A stretch of 64,000 nucleotides of DNA from contig JBILLK010000002.1 of the NCBI GenBank assembly GCA_044376115.1, forward strand, positions 320,001 through 384,000, in the 5' to 3' direction. The DNA comes from Polyangiaceae bacterium (lineage in GTDB: Bacteria > Myxococcota_A > Polyangia > Polyangiales > Polyangiaceae). The notes under the pieces were generated by a model. That model did not search any database and was not told the origin of the DNA. It was given only the letters and a program-made list of their open reading frames with translations. This document shows positions 61,317 to 64,000 of the stretch, piece by piece (the first letter of the stretch is position 1; every line of letters starts with the position of its first letter). The translations under genes and the position numbers were made by a program.

Positions 61317-62218
61317 CAGACGCGCGCCTCTTCGCTCCGTGACGCCGTCCCCCCCGAAACCGATGCGGCCAGCGATTTCAGCGCGCGGTCGCGATGCGTG
61401 CGTGCTTTCTCGGCTTCCAAGCTGAGCGTGGCAAAATCTGGAATCTCGTCGTCCCATTCGATCAAGGTCGAGACGCTGCCGCAACGCCGAATGGCGCGCT
61501 CGTACAGCGCCCAGACCTCGTCGATGACATGGCCGGAATGGGTATCGATGATGTACTTCTCGAAGCGACTGTGGCCGGCGAGGTGAATCTGCACCACGCG
61601 CTCCGCGGGAATACCGTCAACGAAGGCGTCGGGATCGAAGTTGTGGTTCTGCGACGAGACGTAGATGTTGTTCACGTCGAGCAAGAGGCCAATGTTCGCC
61701 TCTTCCGCAACCGCGCTCACGAACTCCCACTCGGTCATGCGGCTCTGGGTGTAGGTCAGGTAGGACGAGACGTTCTCGAGCACGAACGGCACCTCCAGAA
61801 AGTCCTGCACGATCTTGGCGCGCGCTGCGACGTAGCGGACGGCCTCCTCGGTGTAAGGGATGGGCAGCAAATCATGCAGCTCCGCTTCATCGGAGCCGGT
61901 CCAACACAGGTGATCGGAGATCCACGGGGTGTTGGTGTGACGGCTGAGCGCCTTCAGCTTCGTTAGGTAGTCGAAGTCGAGCGGCTTGCTGCTCCCGATC
62001 GACATGGAAACGCCGTGCTGCACGAGGCGATAGGAAGCCAGCGCGCGATCCAGGTTGGCCATCGGGCGGCCGCCGGGAACCATGAAGTTCTCGCTGATGA
62101 TCTCGAACCAGTCCATCGCCGGACGACTCTCGAACACGGCCTCGTAGTGAGGGATACGCAACCCGACTCCAACGCCGAGGTCGGGGAGGCCAAGCCGATG
62201 CTTTGGTGAGCCACTCAT
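61316..62218 (-). CDS. DUF692 multinuclear non-heme iron oxidative enzyme (MNIO, BufB/HvfB-like)
   Basis: GVGLRIPHY, EIISENF, HGVSMSIG, SDHLCW, LENVSSY, LDVNN, HLAGH, DTH and EWD motifs. Confidence 0.95.
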   Translation of the reverse strand: MSGSPKHRLGLPDLGVGVGLRIPHYEAVFESRPAMDWFEIISENFMVPGGRPMANLDRALASYRLVQHGVSMSIGSSKPLDFDYLTKLKALSRHTNTPWISDHLCWTGSDEAELHDLLPIPYTEEAVRYVAARAKIVQDFLEVPFVLENVSSYLTYTQSRMTEWEFVSAVAEEANIGLLLDVNNIYVSSQNHNFDPDAFVDGIPAERVVQIHLAGHSRFEKYIIDTHSGHVIDEVWALYERAIRRCGSVSTLIEWDDEIPDFATLSLEAEKARTHRDRALKSLAASVSGGTASRSEEARV

Positions 62219-62373
62219 GAGATCCATCCTCGCCCTCTTGGGCCCAAACGACAACGAGGTCGACGCTGTCTCCAGCGAACGACCTCGTCACCGAGATGCA
62301 AGCGGCCGTTACCGTTGGTTACGTTCCGCTAGCTGTTCGTTGGGCGCGCGCTGCATGCACACGCCCAGCGAGC

Positions 62374-62661
62374 TCACTTACAGTCAGCAGCCTTGCAGCC
62401 GCCCTTGCCCTTGCACTCGTTCTTGCCGCCGCAGTCATTGGCGCCTTCAACTTTGCAGTTGCCCTTGCCCTTGCACTCGTTCTGGCCCTTGCAGCAAGCC
62501 TTGGCAGCTGCGTCGCCGGCGGCGGGAGCGGCCGAATCAGCGGGGGCAGCGGTGCCCTCGCCGCTCGGGTCCTTGGCAGCGTCGGTCTTGCTTCCGCAGC
62601 CGACAACACCAACCACGAGTCCACCAACAGCCGAGAATGCGAGCGTCTTTGCGAGTTCCAT
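62374..62661 (-). CDS. Cys-rich RiPP precursor / metal-binding lipoprotein (BufA2-like)
   Basis: GGAGG RBS; VVGC lipobox; core CCKGQNECKGKGNC...CGGKNECKGKGGC...CK. Confidence 0.85.
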   Translation of the reverse strand: MELAKTLAFSAVGGLVVGVVGCGSKTDAAKDPSGEGTAAPADSAAPAAGDAAAKACCKGQNECKGKGNCKVEGANDCGGKNECKGKGGCKAADCK

Positions 62662-63054
62662 GTCAATCCTCCAAAAATTGCGACAGATGCCGCCGAGTTG
62701 ATCCCAATTCGGTGGCTCGCCGCACAATACGTTGAGCTGTCGAATTGGTTTTGGTGCAGCGGAAAGATCCGCCGTGCCGTGCCGACACCAGGCCTTTTAT
62801 GGTCCGAGAATCAGCGAGTTTTTGCCTCCCACGGCGCCCCCTTTTTGAAGCCACCGCGTGAAACGTTCCCACAAGCGTGAGAAGAGGCGGACCTATACGC
62901 GTCTCGTTGCCGCCCCGTCGAGTCCATAAGGAGGTCACCTTGAGATGACCTTTCGATACATCATCCTACTGGCCGCCGGAGCGGGGAAAGAAAGTCGTGT
63001 AATTAGGACGCTTCAAAGCCTGTTCACGGCTCGCGACAGCCTCACGGAGCTTGC

Positions 63055-63111
63055 TTGACTTCGACACCTCCGATCACTACTGAATCTTCAGAACAATCTG
63101 AAACTTCAGTA
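63055..63111 (+). promoter_or_regulatory. Putative promoter with nested palindromic operator
   Basis: TTGACT (63055), 17 bp spacer, then TACTGAA-tc-TTCAGA-acaa-TCTGAA-ac-TTCAGTA (63078-63111), just upstream of the regulator gene. Confidence 0.65.
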
Positions 63112-63124
63112 CGGTCGGAGAAGT

Positions 63125-63670
63125 ATGACTGAATCACTCGAAGCAGCAGAGCGGCTAGCCGCTGACGCCATCGGCGACGTCATTGAGCATTGGGGGTTTC
63201 GGAAAGCCCTTGGTCGCACCTGGACCTTGCTGTTCCTGAGGCAGGAGCCGCAACCGGCGAGTGAAATCTCGGATCGTCTGGCAATGAGCGCTGGCGCCGT
63301 AAGCGGGACGTTGAACGAACTACAGCGTTGGGGTGTCGTTCGCCGGGTTTGGAAGCCGGGTGAGCGGAAGGAGTTCTACGAGGCGGAGACTGATTTCTGG
63401 AAGATGATTTCACGGGTCGTAAGCGAGCGTGAGCGCTTCCTGGCCGAATCAGTGGAGGAGCGCTTGGCGGAGGCTACAGAGCTGGCCCGCCAAACACCGG
63501 CTTCGCCACAACAAGACCACTTCATCGAGCGCGTGACTCGTCTCTCACAGTTCGCGCAGGTCGCAAAGAGCGTGATGGACAGTTTCATTCGATCGCAACG
63601 GGCTGATTTCCAACTGTTTGGAAACGTACTTTCTATGGGACGGGCGCGGGGCGCCGGGAGGGATGCATGA
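63125..63670 (+). CDS. GbsR/MarR family transcriptional regulator
   Basis: WGFRKALGRTW..L, EISDRLAMSAGAVS and PGERKEFYEAETDFW motifs; GGAG RBS. Confidence 0.9.
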   Translation: MTESLEAAERLAADAIGDVIEHWGFRKALGRTWTLLFLRQEPQPASEISDRLAMSAGAVSGTLNELQRWGVVRRVWKPGERKEFYEAETDFWKMISRVVSERERFLAESVEERLAEATELARQTPASPQQDHFIERVTRLSQFAQVAKSVMDSFIRSQRADFQLFGNVLSMGRARGAGRDA

Positions 63671-64000
63671 AAGGTGATGCTGCACTGCGAGTGGAGCCTC
63701 TCGCACGGCGAGGCGTGGTGATGACGACCCTTTCGGAAGTAACGCGCGAGCGCGGAACCGCGCCGATGACCCAGAAGTTGTCGGACATTCGCGCCCTCCT
63801 CGAGGACGACCTCTCGGGCATCGACGAAGAGCTGCGTGCGATCGAATACAAGCGCACGCCGCTGCACGAGAGCGCCAAGCATCTGGTTGCCTCCGGCGGC
63901 AAGCGCATCCGTCCGATGTGTGTGGCGTTGGCGTCGCGCATCGGCACCGGCTTCGACCGCAAAGCGCGCGAGCTGGCCGTCGCGGCGGAGCTCGTTCACA
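63667..64000 (+). CDS. Polyprenyl diphosphate synthase (partial, runs off window)
   Basis: Manual translation: HLVASGGKRIRP...LAVAAELVH; ATGA overlap with the regulator stop. Confidence 0.9.
   Translation, partial: MKGDAALRVEPLARRGVVMTTLSEVTRERGTAPMTQKLSDIRALLEDDLSGIDEELRAIEYKRTPLHESAKHLVASGGKRIRPMCVALASRIGTGFDRKARELAVAAELVH

Noticed and set aside
62840..62951. ECF promoter (GGAAC...TCAAA on minus strand) and AGGTCA-N8-TGACCT dyad upstream of the RiPP precursor
   Set aside because: The spacing does not fit consensus well and 6-bp arms can arise by chance.

Overview
GC-rich window from a myxobacterium, most likely Polyangiales/Polyangiaceae. The assignment is inferred from MYXO-CTERM surface proteins, many Cys-rich lipoproteins, a eukaryote-like Ser/Thr kinase and an orphan VgrG. 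The left ~38 kb is accessory. It holds secreted Cys-rich proteins, a nucleotidyltransferase TA-like pair, an ABC-ATPase + TOPRIM-like pair, an LRR gene, a papain-fold amidase-like gene, a VgrG fused to LysM and PG-binding domains, a sigma-70 factor, several gene remnants and several families of intergenic palindromic repeats. The right ~26 kb is mostly housekeeping (icd-like, def, ychF, ABC-F, pmbA, ogt, lolA, ruvC, glcD-like, cysK, cysE, dut, plsC, polyprenyl synthetase), plus a DUF692/DUF2063 (MNIO, bufferin-like) RiPP cluster with a lipobox-bearing precursor. The most striking unexplained structure is at 32752-33057. It is a cas-less array of 7 (+1 degenerate) ~22-bp palindromes (AAAATCCACTCGAGTGGATTTT) at a strict 40-41 bp period with 18-19 bp variable spacers. 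It lies directly upstream of an uncharacterised all-helical 295-aa protein and an HNH-like zinc-finger nuclease gene. All family assignments come from motif recognition by eye; no database searches were run.
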